DNA of 64,000 nt from positions 20,832,001-20,896,000 of the forward strand of contig OX597814.1 of the NCBI GenBank assembly GCA_951406725.2, in the 5' to 3' direction. Made by a program: the position numbers and the translations under genes. The stretch is from Octopus vulgaris (taxonomy: Eukaryota). Each line of letters starts with the position of its first letter. The first letter of the stretch is position 1. Below are positions 50,831 to 64,000 of the stretch, piece by piece. Under the pieces are notes generated by a model. It was not told the origin of the DNA, made no database searches, and saw only the letters and a program-made list of their open reading frames with translations.

Positions 50831-53800
50831 GCTCAGAGAGAGCTCCACCAGCACACTTTGCTATGATGTTAGCTGACTGTTTAATATTGGCAACATATAC
50901 TTTAGAACAAATCACTTGTTAAAAGCATACAAGAAAAAAATTAAAGTAAACTCTCTCATTTAACATTTCAAATAAATTTAATTCTATCATGTTGAAAATT
51001 AGTTGTTCATTTATAATTAATTTTACAAACTCAAGTTTGGATATATTAAGTAGCAATTTCAATAGAGAAGCATTCAGATTAGAAGAATAAAACACATCCA
51101 ACAATATCAGCCTCAGAAAGTCCAAGCAATAACACTGTTCTCAAACCTCAGTGTTATAGCTATAAATAGATCAGCTTTAATGCAATATGGTTTAGAATAT
51201 TTTCAACACTGAAAGACAAGTTAACAAACAGAATCTTTGTGCTGTCACTTGACCTGCTAGAAATAGCAGCAAAATCTTAAATTCACACACCAACATCATT
51301 ATCATTTAACATCCGTTTTTCATGCTGGCATGTGTTGGATGGTTTGACCAGAGCTGGTGAGGCTGAGGACTGCACCAAGCTCCACTGTCTGTTCTGGCAT
51401 GGTTTCTATGACAGAATGCCTTTCCTAACACCAGCCATTCCAAAGAGTGTACTTTTTATGTGAAACCAGCAATTTTAAGACACAATGTTGTCTTAAAAAG
51501 ATATGAAGAGCACTTGGATCATATAGTCATGGAGATTGTCTGAACAACAACAAATAGAAAAGACAAGGAATCATAGAGAAAATAACATAAATGAAAGTAA
51601 CAAAATTATAAAAACATAAGTAGAGGTAGAAAAGATTAAAGGAAATATTAAAATGAAATCGATAAAAAAAGAATGAATATATATCTATATATAAACCAAG
51701 TAATGACCAAAATTACTTGGTTTACTAGCTCTTCAACTAATCGCCAGGATGCCATTGGTATTAAATTGACAAACATTGAAAGATCCTTTGCAAGTTTGCC
51801 AACAACAAGCTGGGCTGTTCTGTTCATTATTGGTTCAGGGCTTGGAGACCAAAGGAGGAGCCTGTCAATATCTGATGGCCCTTCCTTGCAAAACAAAACA
51901 ACCTTCTATTGCATTATTTTATATATTTGTTTAATTTTTTTAAAGCCCTGTAGCAATTGTGGCTTCCTCCTATTAAAAATGTATATCCGATTTTACGTAC
52001 AGCTCCTTATAATGAGAAAATAGAAAAACAATAATAGACACAACAAAAGTCTGAGTAAGTTAGTTCAAGTGGCTTATGTGAAAGAATAACAATGCAATAT
52101 GCAAGTGTTGTAAATGCATTCTAACATGCGTAAATCAGCTATAACTGATTTTGAAAAACCTGTAAGTCATAGAAAGAATGCTAATGATTGTGCAAATACT
52201 AACCAAATTTCAAACATATTTACAGAATTAAAAAGAAGTTTGAAATTAAATATAGTGAATAAAGTACAAGTCACTACAGTAATAGATTGACAGATGGCCA
52301 AATGGATTTAAAAAACCACAGTAAAAGACAAGTACCCAAGTAATTTACTTTACTGATGGATGACCTCAGGATGCTGAACCTTTCAGATGAGATGACAAAG
52401 GACTGAGATATGTGGCATCTTGCTGTACTCAAGAAGACTTGCATTCCCCAGCAGAACTGTTAAAGCTGGTCCCCCTGGTGGAGAGGATTGGTGTGTTGGG
52501 GCCATGTAAAAGTACTCATGTGGTGTCATGTTAAAAGCACCAAGCACAGACTCTAAAGTGGGTGGTGTTAGGAAGGGCATCCAGTCATAGAAACCATACC
52601 AAATCAGACTGGAACCTGGTGCAGCTCTCCAGCTTGCCAGCTCTGGTCAAACTGTCCAACCCATGTCAGTATGGAAAAAAGACATTAAATGATGATGATG
52701 ACAGTAATTCGGTGTACTTGAAAAGATTATGATATATCAAACAAATGCATGAGTCTAATCAAGAATATTATTGCTCTGATTTTTAAAAAATCATACAGTC
52801 AAGAGAGAAGGCAGTGCCCATGATGCTTTACAGGGCCTTTAGGACTGGTGAGAAGGAGGAGAGTAAGATATTGTCAGACTAAAGACATGACTTGAATGAC
52901 TGCAACAGAATGTACTCCTCTGTAAGTACCCAAGCTGCATGTAGTAGTGTTAAACTGGGCAAAGGATTAAGTCTACCAACAAGGTTTTGATAAGGAATTT
53001 GTTGATAACTAATAAAACTTGAGGTATTGCTCAATCAACATCACAAAATGAATATGCTTGTAAAGTAGTTTTCTTATAAGTATCAGAGAGTGCAAATATC
53101 TGTTTTAGGGATAATTCCCATGGTATCAATAACTGTAGAACAATCTTTATAATGCAACTAAAATTTTTTAACAACAAACAACATTTATGTAACTGCATTG
53201 GGACAAAGGAACCAAATAATGTTAGTGGGCAATATAATACAGTGATTTGAAGATGTAGCTAAAAGGTGTTTGTTTGCTTACCTTCTAAATAACTTTGCAT
53301 GATATCAGATATTGCAAACTAGCTTAGCATTAGTGTCTTTCATCAAGATGTTACAAGAAAGTTTGCTCAGTAATAAAAGATGGAAATAGATTCTACCAAA
53401 AATGTATAGAAACAATTCTGCAGCAATAGGAAGACTTACATGGTACATATTCTAAATGATATGCTTCAAGATAAAATCAGTAGACTTGATATTCATTTTA
53501 TTTTCCCAATATTATCTTGGATTTCATGTCCCTAAATGTAGCTTTTCAAGCTTAGCAAACTATCTGAAGACTTTGAGAAGTTAAGAAACTTTGTACTACA
53601 AAAGTGTATAGAGATTTCCAAAAAGAAGATCCCTGAAACTTTTTCCATGATGCTAAATTTGAAGAAAGGTTTGAATATGATTTGAAATGTAAAAACTTAA
53701 GAATAGCTAAAAAGAGTGACCTCACAACAATGTTTTAAATTTTTATGGAAATTATAAAGTAGGTTGAGCAAAGAATTGATAATAAAAATGGACCTATGAA

Positions 53801-54011
53801 AATGAGCTACATAAAATGTTTGATTCAAATATTATGAACCAACAGAAAAAACATCTGAAATAAATTGAAAATGACATCAAGTCTTGAGGTAGAAATCAAA
53901 CTTTTCTATGGTAGTGGAAGCATGGGTCAAAAGAGAAGGGTGTAAAATAACAGAATACTCGATGCCAACTTGGCCAAAATCACTGGCACAGAAAAACTGT
54001 GTTTTGATTAA

Positions 54012-54232
54012 CCCTTTCGTTACCAACCCGGCTGAAACTGGCTCTGGCTCTGCAGTACAAATGTCTTGTTTTCATAAGTTTTTAATTAAAATCTTCTACC
54101 AAAGCTTAGTCATAATTAATGTTCCTAACACTAGCTTAATGATAACTGAGTTATTTTACTAAATTCTTTGTTATATTTAAAATAATTGAGAGAAACACAG
54201 AGCATCTCAAAATAAATACAGTAACGAAAGGG
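54012..54232. mobile_element. piggyBac-like MITE
   Basis: Perfect 12-bp TIRs CCCTTTCGTTAC / GTAACGAAAGGG flanked by TTAA and TTGA. Confidence 0.82.
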
Positions 54233-55591
54233 TTGAGGTTCCAGGATTGACTGTACGTTTGAATGCTATTAAGTAGTTAGTTAAAAATTTTGATTTAAAG
54301 AAACGAAAGAGTTAGCAGACCAATACCCCATAGACTTTAATGATAAAAATTTTACAACAGAAATGCAACAGTGACTGTCTGTTCACTGAAATCTTTAGAA
54401 CTGTTAAATTTATTAACTGGTTTATTCCAAAAGGATTCATTATCACCTATTCTGTTTATCCCTAGCTCCTTAAAGTTAGATTTCAACTGTACCATCTATT
54501 AGAAATTGAAAACAAAACTGTGAATTGGCCACATACTGTACATGGATGACATGCATTAATATAAAGCACAGCCACTGAAACAGAAACATTAAACTAGAGA
54601 TATCATTTGGTGTGGGCAAATATGTTAAATCCCGCCCCATAATTGGTGAGCATTAGCTACAGTATAGTAAGCTAGGCAGCAATTATCACAAGAAATATAG
54701 GAACTTGAATGCCATGGTGTTTATGTATACCTAGGTGTACTGGGGAAGGACTAACTAGAACACCAAAGAGTAGAAACTTATCAGAAAAGAATTTCATTAG
54801 AGAATTCAAAGAGTTCTAGGCACTAAGTTTAATGCAAGTTCAAAGCTATCAATACAACTGCTACTCTAGTTGTACACTTCAATAAAAAAAAAAAAAACTA
54901 AAAATTGAGTAAGATTCAACAATTTGATAGAAGAAACAGGGAGTTAACCATAGTGCAAAGAGTTCATTATTCCAAAGTAGACATACATTGGCTTTACATT
55001 GATAGAAAGTGCATAAAAGAGGTCTGGTCTAGATACAAGCAGGTTAAATAGTCTCTAGCTGAAATGGATACCTCAAAGCAAAAGACAATGAACCAATAAG
55101 AGAGCATTTATGAAGTTGTTTAACATACTAGAAGTAACTGATAGATTCTCTCAAATTACACTACCATCTTAAAGAAAAAAAGGACATATTGAATAATCTA
55201 GTCTGAGATAAACTATATTTGAAAAAGAAACTGGATGAGCATACTTAGAATATCCTTGATCATACATCTATTTGATCAGAGTTGACTTGGAGCCTAAATA
55301 ACATTACCTACATTCTTTTGTGAAACCCCAAAAAACAATCCCATGACCTGGAGCTGACACACCTAACAACCTGTTTACAAAGTTCTGCAAGCATAAATAA
55401 ATTCTGAACAATAACATAGCCCTAAATTTAAGGAGGAAAATATTTCTCCATAACGACCTAATTACCATTCAACAGAATTTTACCTACCCGGCTATATAAA
55501 GTCAAGATTAACTCAAATGCATAACAGTCTGGCCAAAACTTCGAAGTCACTGTCAATACTATTTTTGTTACAGAATAATACATACATATAT

Positions 55592-55624
<33 letters not shown>

Positions 55625-55628
55625 AGGC

Positions 55629-55723
55629 TCAAAACAGTTTGATTCAAATCCTGTAATACTTAAAGTTTCAAAGCTCATGAAGCTTATCCTAAGTAGCATG
55701 GAATTTGAATCAAACTGTTTTGA
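55629..55723. repeat. perfect 21-bp inverted repeat
   Basis: tcaaaacagtttgattcaaat / atttgaatcaaactgttttga. Confidence 0.92.
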
Positions 55724-58392
55724 TTCATACATGTAACTCCCAATAAATGTGTTGAGTACCCTTTCATTTATCCACTCACTTGTGTGTATATACAGACTGG
55801 ACTGCTTTCAGTTTCTGTGTACGAATTCCACTCACAATGCTTGGTTGGCCTAGGAGTATAGAAGACACTTGTTCAAGGAGCCACACAGTGGGACTCAACC
55901 TGGAACCATGGTGTGGGAAGCAAACTTCTTCCCACACAGCCACTCCCATTTACATATATATATCTGTATGTGCATATTTGACTTAGTGATTGTAGGGGAA
56001 AATTATCTCAAACATTCCATGACATGAAAATCAAGTTCTAACTCTGGTACGTTCTATGAAGTAACAAATACTAGTTTTACTTGATTATTTACTTGAATTA
56101 AAATATATAATTGTTAATATAATCCTTATATATAGGGCAGTGGATTAGAAAAAACATTAGGGCATTTTCTTTTGGTTCAAAGCTTCTGAGATCAGTACCA
56201 ATCAAGTACCAAGATCAAATTAATTTAACCCCACCACACAAATTCAAGGGCATTGTACTTGCATTAGAAATTTTTTGGAGTCACCGTCAATGATATTTTT
56301 GCTAAAGAACAGTGAAATTGTAACCCATCTGATAAATGTAAAATTGTTTTTATTATAACTGAACATGAAAACAAACATACATGTCATCATCATAATTTCA
56401 TGTCCATTATATATATATATTTTAATCCTGTTTTACTGAGAATTTGACAACATTCCTACCATGAAAAACTCATTCTGTATGCACTTAAAGTGGTAAAGAA
56501 GCAAATGAGAAGGCCTAGAGTTGTGAGGTTCTTTAAGTCCTGTCTATTTGATGACTTATCATTTCTGGTACCATAAGAAAATGCACTCAAGTACACTCTG
56601 TAAAGTGGTTGCTAATAGGCAATAGCATCCAGCCATAGAAACCAAACCAAATTGCCAGGTATGTGTACCAATCTATGAGAACAGTAGTTTCCCAAATGAA
56701 ATGTTTGTGACATCCTAGCAAACAGATACCAGCATGAAAAATGGATATATGATTATATGATGATGATACTCATAAATTTATTTTACCTTATATTAAGTGT
56801 CAGAATGATTTTAAATACAAAAGTAAGATATCCATTGCAAATGAAACTTTTTTCAACTATCCGAGTAACTTATGACTTATAAAAGGAAAAATTTTATATT
56901 ATTCAAAATGTATAAAACAAAGGCTAACCAAAAGTCTGAAAACAAGCATGGCTGTTTTGGACAAACTTATGAAAATGCTTTGGACAGACAAAGAGTTAAT
57001 AGAATTCTAACTGAAGTCAAACTTTTGTTTCATGTGTTTTAAGACCAAAGATAAACCTATAAAAATTCTTCACATGTAATAACTATACTACTTCCTTGAT
57101 TGATTTCTCAATGCATAACACTATGTTCACCTGTAAATAGGGTTTCTATCAAAGTTGATCATGCGTACAAATCTTCCCTCCTTACATGCATTCTTGATGC
57201 TTATATAAGAGAAAAGTTGTTAACTTGGGTTGATACAGCTTGGCATCTTGCCCATCTGTCTGGCAGTTTCACCAATCCATCTGTGTAATCTTTTATTTTC
57301 TGTGCATAAGAGTTTCCTGAATTACATATTGCCTATATTTATTCCTACATTAATAAAGTTTTGATGAAATTGTAACCTGTAAAATTTTCTCAATTGTTTA
57401 CCAATTATATCTTCTTCAGCCATATATGCAATGCAAATATATTCCATGTTCCCAAAGTATGTATTGAAAGCTGGAATTTAATGTTGGATCTTAGGTGATA
57501 CCTTGCTATAGTATTTATAATATTTGCATGAAGGAAAAGGCATAAGGCGGGCAGTTAGTAGTCAGGTGAATATAACAAACCAGAGAGATGGTGAGACTAG
57601 AGTATAATAAAAACAAAAATATTCCTGACCATGCAAATATACAAATGGATGGACAGAACTATAAAGCCACATGGTTTCTGAACACATAAAACAGATGGTT
57701 TCCCATTGACTTCTGAAATTCAATTTTTTCCTCCTCCAAAAGCATTTGAACTTGGTAGATATTCATAGTAAGGCGGATTAAGCCCTTTTGAGAGTTGTTA
57801 CAGCAAAATGGAAATTAAAACACTTCTCTTTATCGGAAAAGGTTTTATTTCAACCAAACACAATGACTTCAGAGGATCTAGATGAAGGGAATAACAGTAA
57901 AAATACTAAAGGGATGCAGTAATAACTTAGGTACTCAAGAACATTAGACTGACAACACAATATTTAAAGGATAAGTGTTCTCCCTGGCTACCAATTGGCT
58001 GTTTTACATAATTTCCTCCATAAAGATACTGTATACATTTTGGTACAACCACTTCTCTTTTGCCTATACCATGTAAACAGTGTTTGCTTCCGTATCAATC
58101 CTCTTCCTCTGATGATTCCACTCTTGCAGCAATTCTTTTCTATTTTGTACATTCTTAATTTTGAAATCATAAGCTATCTGGCTGCTTGTTATTTAGTCTC
58201 AGATCAACACAAATTGCATCCAGAACCACATTATCCCAGGTGTTCTGCTCCTTTTGAAATGTAAGGGTGTGGCCTAAAAGAAATTTGGCTCCTATTTTGC
58301 AGGTTGAACAACTGCAAAGAGGCTCTTAGGTTTTAATTCCAGAAAAATAGTGTTCAAAAAAGGGGATTCTAAATCTATAACATTTATTGGAA

Positions 58393-58757
58393 TCATCATC
58401 ATCATCATCATCGTTTAACGTCCGCTTTCCATGCTAGCACGGACTGGACGATTTGACCGAAGACTGGTTGCACCAGGCTCCAATCTTGATCTGGCAGAGT
58501 TTCTACAGCTGGATGCCCTTCCTAACGCCAACCACTCCGAGAGTATAGTGGATGCTTTTACATGCCACCGGCACAAGGGCCAGTCAGGCGGTACTGGCAA
58601 CGGCCACGCCCAAGTGGTGTTTTTTTACATGCCACCTGCACAGGAGCCAGTAAGTCGACGCTGGTAACAATCACACTCGAATGGTGCTTTTTACATACCA
58701 CTGGCATGGATGCCAGTTAGCCACTCTGGCAACGATCATGCTCGGATGGTTCTCTTA
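58393..58757 (-). mobile_element. RTE 3'-end fragment with about 60-bp sub-repeats
   Basis: (ATC)n tail, then tttaacgtccgctttccatgctagca and ctggatgcccttcctaacgccaaccac. Confidence 0.88.
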
Positions 58758-61700
58758 GTGTACAATCCAAAAGATCCATTTCTTCCAACTTGCTTTCACC
58801 TATTCTGTACCAAGTGTCCTTTGGCAGTCCAAGGGTTTATTTCCTATGTGATGTTAATCGTATTGCTAATTTTGGTACCCTATCCTGGTCCATTTTAAAT
58901 GCATCTGAGACACTGACATTTTATTTCAAGGATCACACTGTTGCAGTCATGCACTTTCTTCATTTGAAGGTTTGCAGAGATAAAAAGATGTGTAAGATTC
59001 TCCACTGGCGTCCTTTATAGAAAGCAATGATTTTACACATGCCTCCTTTATCATGTGCCAGCATTCAGATTCATACATTTGGTCTGATTTGTCATTGTAA
59101 TTACAAATTCAACTATAAATGCTAAGACTATATTGCCTTCAGTCTCAGATCAACCTCATGTTAAATTAGCATAGCTGATTGGATGGTATTAAATGGGCTA
59201 AACACAGGATGATTGAAAACGAAGTGGGAAGAGTAAGAAATTTATATTATTAAAAATAAGTAGAAAGTAAGGGATTCAATAAGGTTCTCTATGCTGTAAG
59301 CAAAAAGATGCAAATATTTTGATGTGATGATACCAACACTAAATGAGTTTTATTACTTTTCTTAGCTATATTTTAATTCCATGAATGACAGACAAAATCG
59401 GTCTCTAAATTAACAGAAGCAAATGGGAGATTATTATTTGAAAGATAAATGTGTATATGCCAATGATTTAAGCTAACAAACATCATTCCTAAATGTTTCT
59501 AAACTGAAACGCAGTTTGCACGAATAAGGAAGCAAATTGGGAAGAGTGTGTCAGAAACAACACTGACAGAACTTTCAGCTAAGTAAAAAGAACAGGCATA
59601 AATATGTACGTTCAAGTGTTGTTAAATAAGAAATGAACAAGATAGTAAAATCTAAGTTAATCTTTTTAATAACGACGACCCGTTTTAAGGGCACCTCTGG
59701 TTCCTATGTGATAAAAAAAAAAGCCTTTTCATATTTCAATTAAAATCGTCCATTTTCTTTTCCGTTGGGTTCTAAGCATTAATGTGGTTGATTAAATGTT
59801 TACCAAAATTTGTCCAAATTCTTGATTATTTAAAAATTTTAATTGAATCATGTAAGCAGCGTATGTCCTTAGAAATGTTGCCATGAAAACTTGTAATAAG
59901 CAGCGGAATCAGTTACGGAGGTTATTTCAAACATGATTATAAAAGCAACGAAGGAAAGGAATGGAGGCAAATAAAGAGATGGATGCAAGGCCGAGATATT
60001 ATTAACAAATTCAGTCAAGATGTTTCCTAAACCTCTGTTCAATCCAATGCTATTCATTATAATTCTTGAAGATATAATAAGGAAGTTCAGTATTGAATGT
60101 CCTTGGAAAATTTCAAAGCTGGCGATCTGTTCTCATTGCAGAACATATCTAAGAGCTGCAGTAAAAGTTCCAAGCATACTAGAAATGTAGAAACTTGAGA
60201 GAAATTAGTTGAGCAAGTCCATTTAATTAGCTATGTCAACTTTAGTGTAAGGTTAAAGGCCAGGGAAAAGAGAAAGTGGCTCCACAGATGTATGCAGAAG
60301 AGGCGGCTTTCAAGTAGCCTCTTAGTTAAGAAAGTGCTTTAAGTTCGTATGCAGAAGGTGTAGAAGATCAAAGAAAACAGACTCATGAAGAAGGGTTTCT
60401 CTCAGCACGGAAGAACAGGCGGATGAACTGATAATGATGATAATAAAAGTACTTTGCACGCTGGGCAAAACGCCGAGCGTCATTTCATGTTTTGAGTTCA
60501 AATTCCACCGAGGTCGACTTGGCCTTTTCGGAGTCGATATAATCAACTAGGTCCCTGTCCCAAATTTCAGACGTTGTGCATAGTAGAAAAGATTAAGCAA
60601 TGTGTATGTTCCGTTAAGAAGACAGTATGAATTCAATAATAAACAAGATGAAACATAAATTTAATAAATATAACCAGAGGTTAAGATCCAACAAACAATA
60701 CAAATACATCTGATTAAATGAAATATTAAAAGTACACAACTGGTTATAATAATATAATAAAAACTGATTCAATTTTAAAGTGTCCAAAGGACGCACAGTG
60801 CTGTAACTTATAAATTTTGTCGCAAATAACCAACGAAAGAAATATTTATATTTCAACAAACAAACTATGCCCCAATTAGCTTCACAACTTAGGAAAAACG
60901 AAATCACAGGTTAGTTTTAAAATTAGGTCAACTGGACCCAGACAGCAGTATTCAGTTTAATTAAAATTTCGCAACATTAACGAAGTTATAACGTTTGCTG
61001 CTCACATTTATTACAGGTGTTAAAAGTTCAATATTAAAATAAGATATGAAATCCTTTTTCTCTCCCTCTAATTGCTTTCTATACAATAAAACCAGTACAA
61101 TGAATTGCTAGATATTTGAAGAATCTCAAAATACACAGTCTATATTTTTGATTTTAATAAATGACACCACTGCACTATGAATAAGGGATATTAAAATTGT
61201 CGATTTGCTGTTGTAGATCAGCCTCATGGCATTCCCTGACACAAGAAATCGATCATTAAATGTATTCTAGTCATGACCACTCTGTCTTTCATTTCAGACA
61301 TGGAGTTATTACAATCAAATTATTAACGATGTCCCCACCTCTTCTTTTTAAGACAGTAAGATGTATATTTGAAGCAGAATTGCATTTTTTTTTTTTTTTC
61401 TGCAGGTCGAGCGACTAACATAAAGAGTTTCTCTACTTGGATCGGAATCTGTTCGTTAATTAAACAAAAAAAGCTTATGTCAAATAACAAATTTAAAATA
61501 ATAAGTGGTTTGAGGCTTTGTTCAACATAAGCTAATATTGAAACAAAAACGTATACAATAAATATCAATAAAAATAATTCACTATATCATCATTGTATTA
61601 GACATAATGCTATTTAGAAGAAAAATAACAACCCCCAAAACATTTAATTCGTTTGCGAACGTTTTTTCTTTGTAAAAGCTACGGTTTATGTAACATGTTT

Positions 61701-61793
61701 CATTTCATGCCAAGAAGGCACTTGTTACTTTTTTTACACCCCCATGGAATTTTGACAACTTAACAACATTGCTGTAATATATATATATATATA

Positions 61794-61905
61794 TATTGTA
61801 CTGCCAAACCCTTAGCCATTATGTGTGTATACATACATACATATATATATATATATGTGTATGTATATGTACACACATAATGGCTAAGGGTTTGGCAGTA
61901 CAATA
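61794..61905. repeat. perfect 36-bp inverted repeat around a (TA)/(TACA) core
   Basis: tattgtactgccaaacccttagccattatgtgtgta (61794-61829) is the exact reverse complement of 61870-61905. Confidence 0.97.
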
Positions 61906-62334
61906 AAATCAATGAGTTTAAATTTAAACCGATTTATTATGTATTAAATCAATCAGTTCACTTCATTTGTATTTCGACATTTTTATACATTGTAAACAAA
62001 TTAAATTGAGGCAAGATATTTACAAAACATGCAATATTATATTTCATTTAAAAAAAAAAAAAAATAAATAACGAATATCAAATATGTTAAATCAAAACTT
62101 AAGAAATTGGAAATGTTAGTAAAGAAATATATTTCCTAATTGTTTTATACTTTATTCGTGGTTCTTTTTTTTATAAAAATCAAGCAAGACCTTAGGCTTT
62201 TTTAATTTTTAATAAATATAATCTTATATATAAATTTTTGTCATTTTCTAAACCCCACTTTCATAGACTTACACATTTCATAATTAGATAAACATAGGTT
62301 TATAACTATATTTGAATGTCGAAACTTTACTCAC

Positions 62335-62561
62335 CTAATATTTTTTATGGTAGTCTGATTGTTTTTATCTAAAGTACCTCCATCATCATCTTTAACACTA
62401 TAACCTCTAAGATATCTTACAAAAACATCAGAAATACTTTTACGATGAATGTAACGGTTTTTATTATTTATCTGGTTTTCATTTCTTTGCGAATAGCAAT
62501 GACATTGAGCGACAAATACACACATTATTAATCCAATGGTGAAAAGTGAGTGCCGTGCCAT
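62335..62561 (-). CDS. SLC9A8: NHE8 exon 1 (signal-peptide-like N-terminus; alternative in-frame ATGs at 62600 and 62570)
   Basis: MARHSLFTIGLIMCVFVAQCHC... in aacATGg context; ends AG|GTGAGT (phase 2), which matches the phase of exon 2; the ORF stops right after the donor; CpG-retaining region. No recognisable family homology in this exon, so the assignment rests on splice phase and position. Confidence 0.7.
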
Positions 62562-62598
62562 GTTCACCATTACAAGAAACTTCCGACACAGCTGAACC

Positions 62599-62620
62599 AT
62601 TGGCTTGCAATGACGTCATT
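62599..62620. promoter_or_regulatory. CCAAT box plus palindromic CRE near the NHE8 start
   Basis: ATTGG at 62599-62603 and AATGACGTCATT (core TGACGTCA 62611-62618), 40-60 nt upstream of ATG 62561; TSS unknown. Confidence 0.4.
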
Positions 62621-63209
62621 CATCTGCCTCGACCCCAAAATGAGGCTACATGTCTCTTAGCCATATTGTTTGTTCATTTTAGTCGTCGTTTTGAATATTT
62701 CAGAAATCTTTATTATATGGTGAAAAAAACCTCAATAATTTATTAGATAAAACACGCTCTGGAATTATCGTGTCCGTCTACGATAACAGTAAGTAGTTTC
62801 TACTTTCATAAATCGTATATTTGACGTTATTTTAATCGGTTAAACTTTGAAAACACACACAAAAAAAAAAGGGGGAAGGAGAGAAAAAAAATCGTTTCGT
62901 GAGGATCTGATTTCTTTATATTTCCTTCCACTTGCTTTTTGTTTGTTATGTCAATTTCAGCAAGTTATTATGTTTAAAAACTGTATGTTTTTACTGCTTG
63001 GGAAATATAAAATTTAATTAGCTTACTGCTTAGGCATTAAGCTTTTTCAGAATTTCGAAAGAGCAGTCTTTTGCCCTATTTATGAAATAGCTATTGGCCA
63101 TCGGAGTGGTGCTTGTCAAGGGAACTTATGTCATGAAAGATGGCCATTAAAACAAAAACACACATGCAAACGCGCACACACACACACACGTGTGTTTGTA
63201 TGTGTGGTG

Positions 63210-63245
<36 letters not shown>

Positions 63246-63389
63246 CACGGATTTTTTTCAGTGAACAAGTCGCGGATTTTAGCGACGAAAATATTTTGAC
63301 AAATTAAAACTTAAATGTTGAAGTGAATCGATCGAACGGCTTTTGTGTGTTTCTTTAAATGGCTTATAAACACCTTCCACGCTGCAATT

Positions 63390-63428
<39 letters not shown>

Positions 63429-64000
63429 ATCACTTTTTTATTTTGAGATTAATGAATGATATGTAATCTAATAAATATGGACATAACAATGCTTGTGTTG
63501 TTAGTAATGGCGATATATTAATCGTCTCATGGAGGAAAAATCTCATTGCACTCGCCATTGCAGCCAACTGCTTCCTCTCTGATAAAGGATTTTCTCGGCT
63601 ATTTTAAAGAAATTTTGTACCAAGATTTCTTAATTTTACAAAAAAAAATTTTTTCAGAATTTTCCGCTTTAGAAATTTAAGCTGTTTACATCAATTAAAT
63701 TTCGGTTAAGCCTTCCTTATTAAAAAAAAAAAAAAAAATAATAATAATTTTTAAAATGTATGAAGTGATCAATTCTTCAGTTTATCGCTGTTTCGCAATA
63801 CAATTATTTGGGCAAATTTTCGGTATTCGTCGATTGCCGATTTGTTGTTTAAGCAGATCAATATAAAAGCATTCCACCTCTGATCATCCCATCTCTTAGG
63901 TGTATCTGAGGTCGGTAGGGCGTGATTTAAGCTAAATTCGGCTGCGCTTTCTAGCCGGTTAACCAGGTCAATCTGATCTATGATCAGGTCCTGTCGTTTT

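Noticed and set aside
52700-55100. Possible ancient transposase remnant or extra NHE8 exon in intron 1
   Set aside because: No intact frame or diagnostic motif that I could recognise by eye
62331-62600. Standalone secreted peptide or neuropeptide precursor gene
   Set aside because: The stop lies within a consensus GTGAGT donor whose phase matches NHE8 exon 2, so it is more simply NHE8 exon 1

Overview
AT-rich, repeat-dense eukaryotic DNA. The repeat repertoire (RTE LINEs with (ATC)n tails, tRNA-type SINEs, mariners) suggests an Octopus genome; this is an inference. Two spliced genes lie in tandem on the minus strand. The first is a complete 16-exon Na+/H+ exchanger 8 gene (SLC9A8/NHE8; CDS from 62561, or 62600, down to 22351; about 636-649 aa) with a U12-type intron and a signal-peptide-like N-terminal extension. 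The second is the first two coding exons of the PI4P phosphatase SAC1 (SACM1L; 14002 to 1557, continuing off the left edge). Introns and the intergenic gap hold RTE, CR1/L2-like and R4/Dong-like LINE fragments, SINEs, three mariner remnants, hAT and piggyBac-like MITEs, a non-autonomous Helitron and an LTR remnant. The most notable region is a young RTE LINE (46358-49700): its reverse transcriptase carries an embedded C4HC3 PHD-type finger, and its stop codon plus 3'UTR is amplified into a nested tandem array. Several long intronic hairpins and a templated insertion are also present. All reading was by eye; no searches or folding were run.
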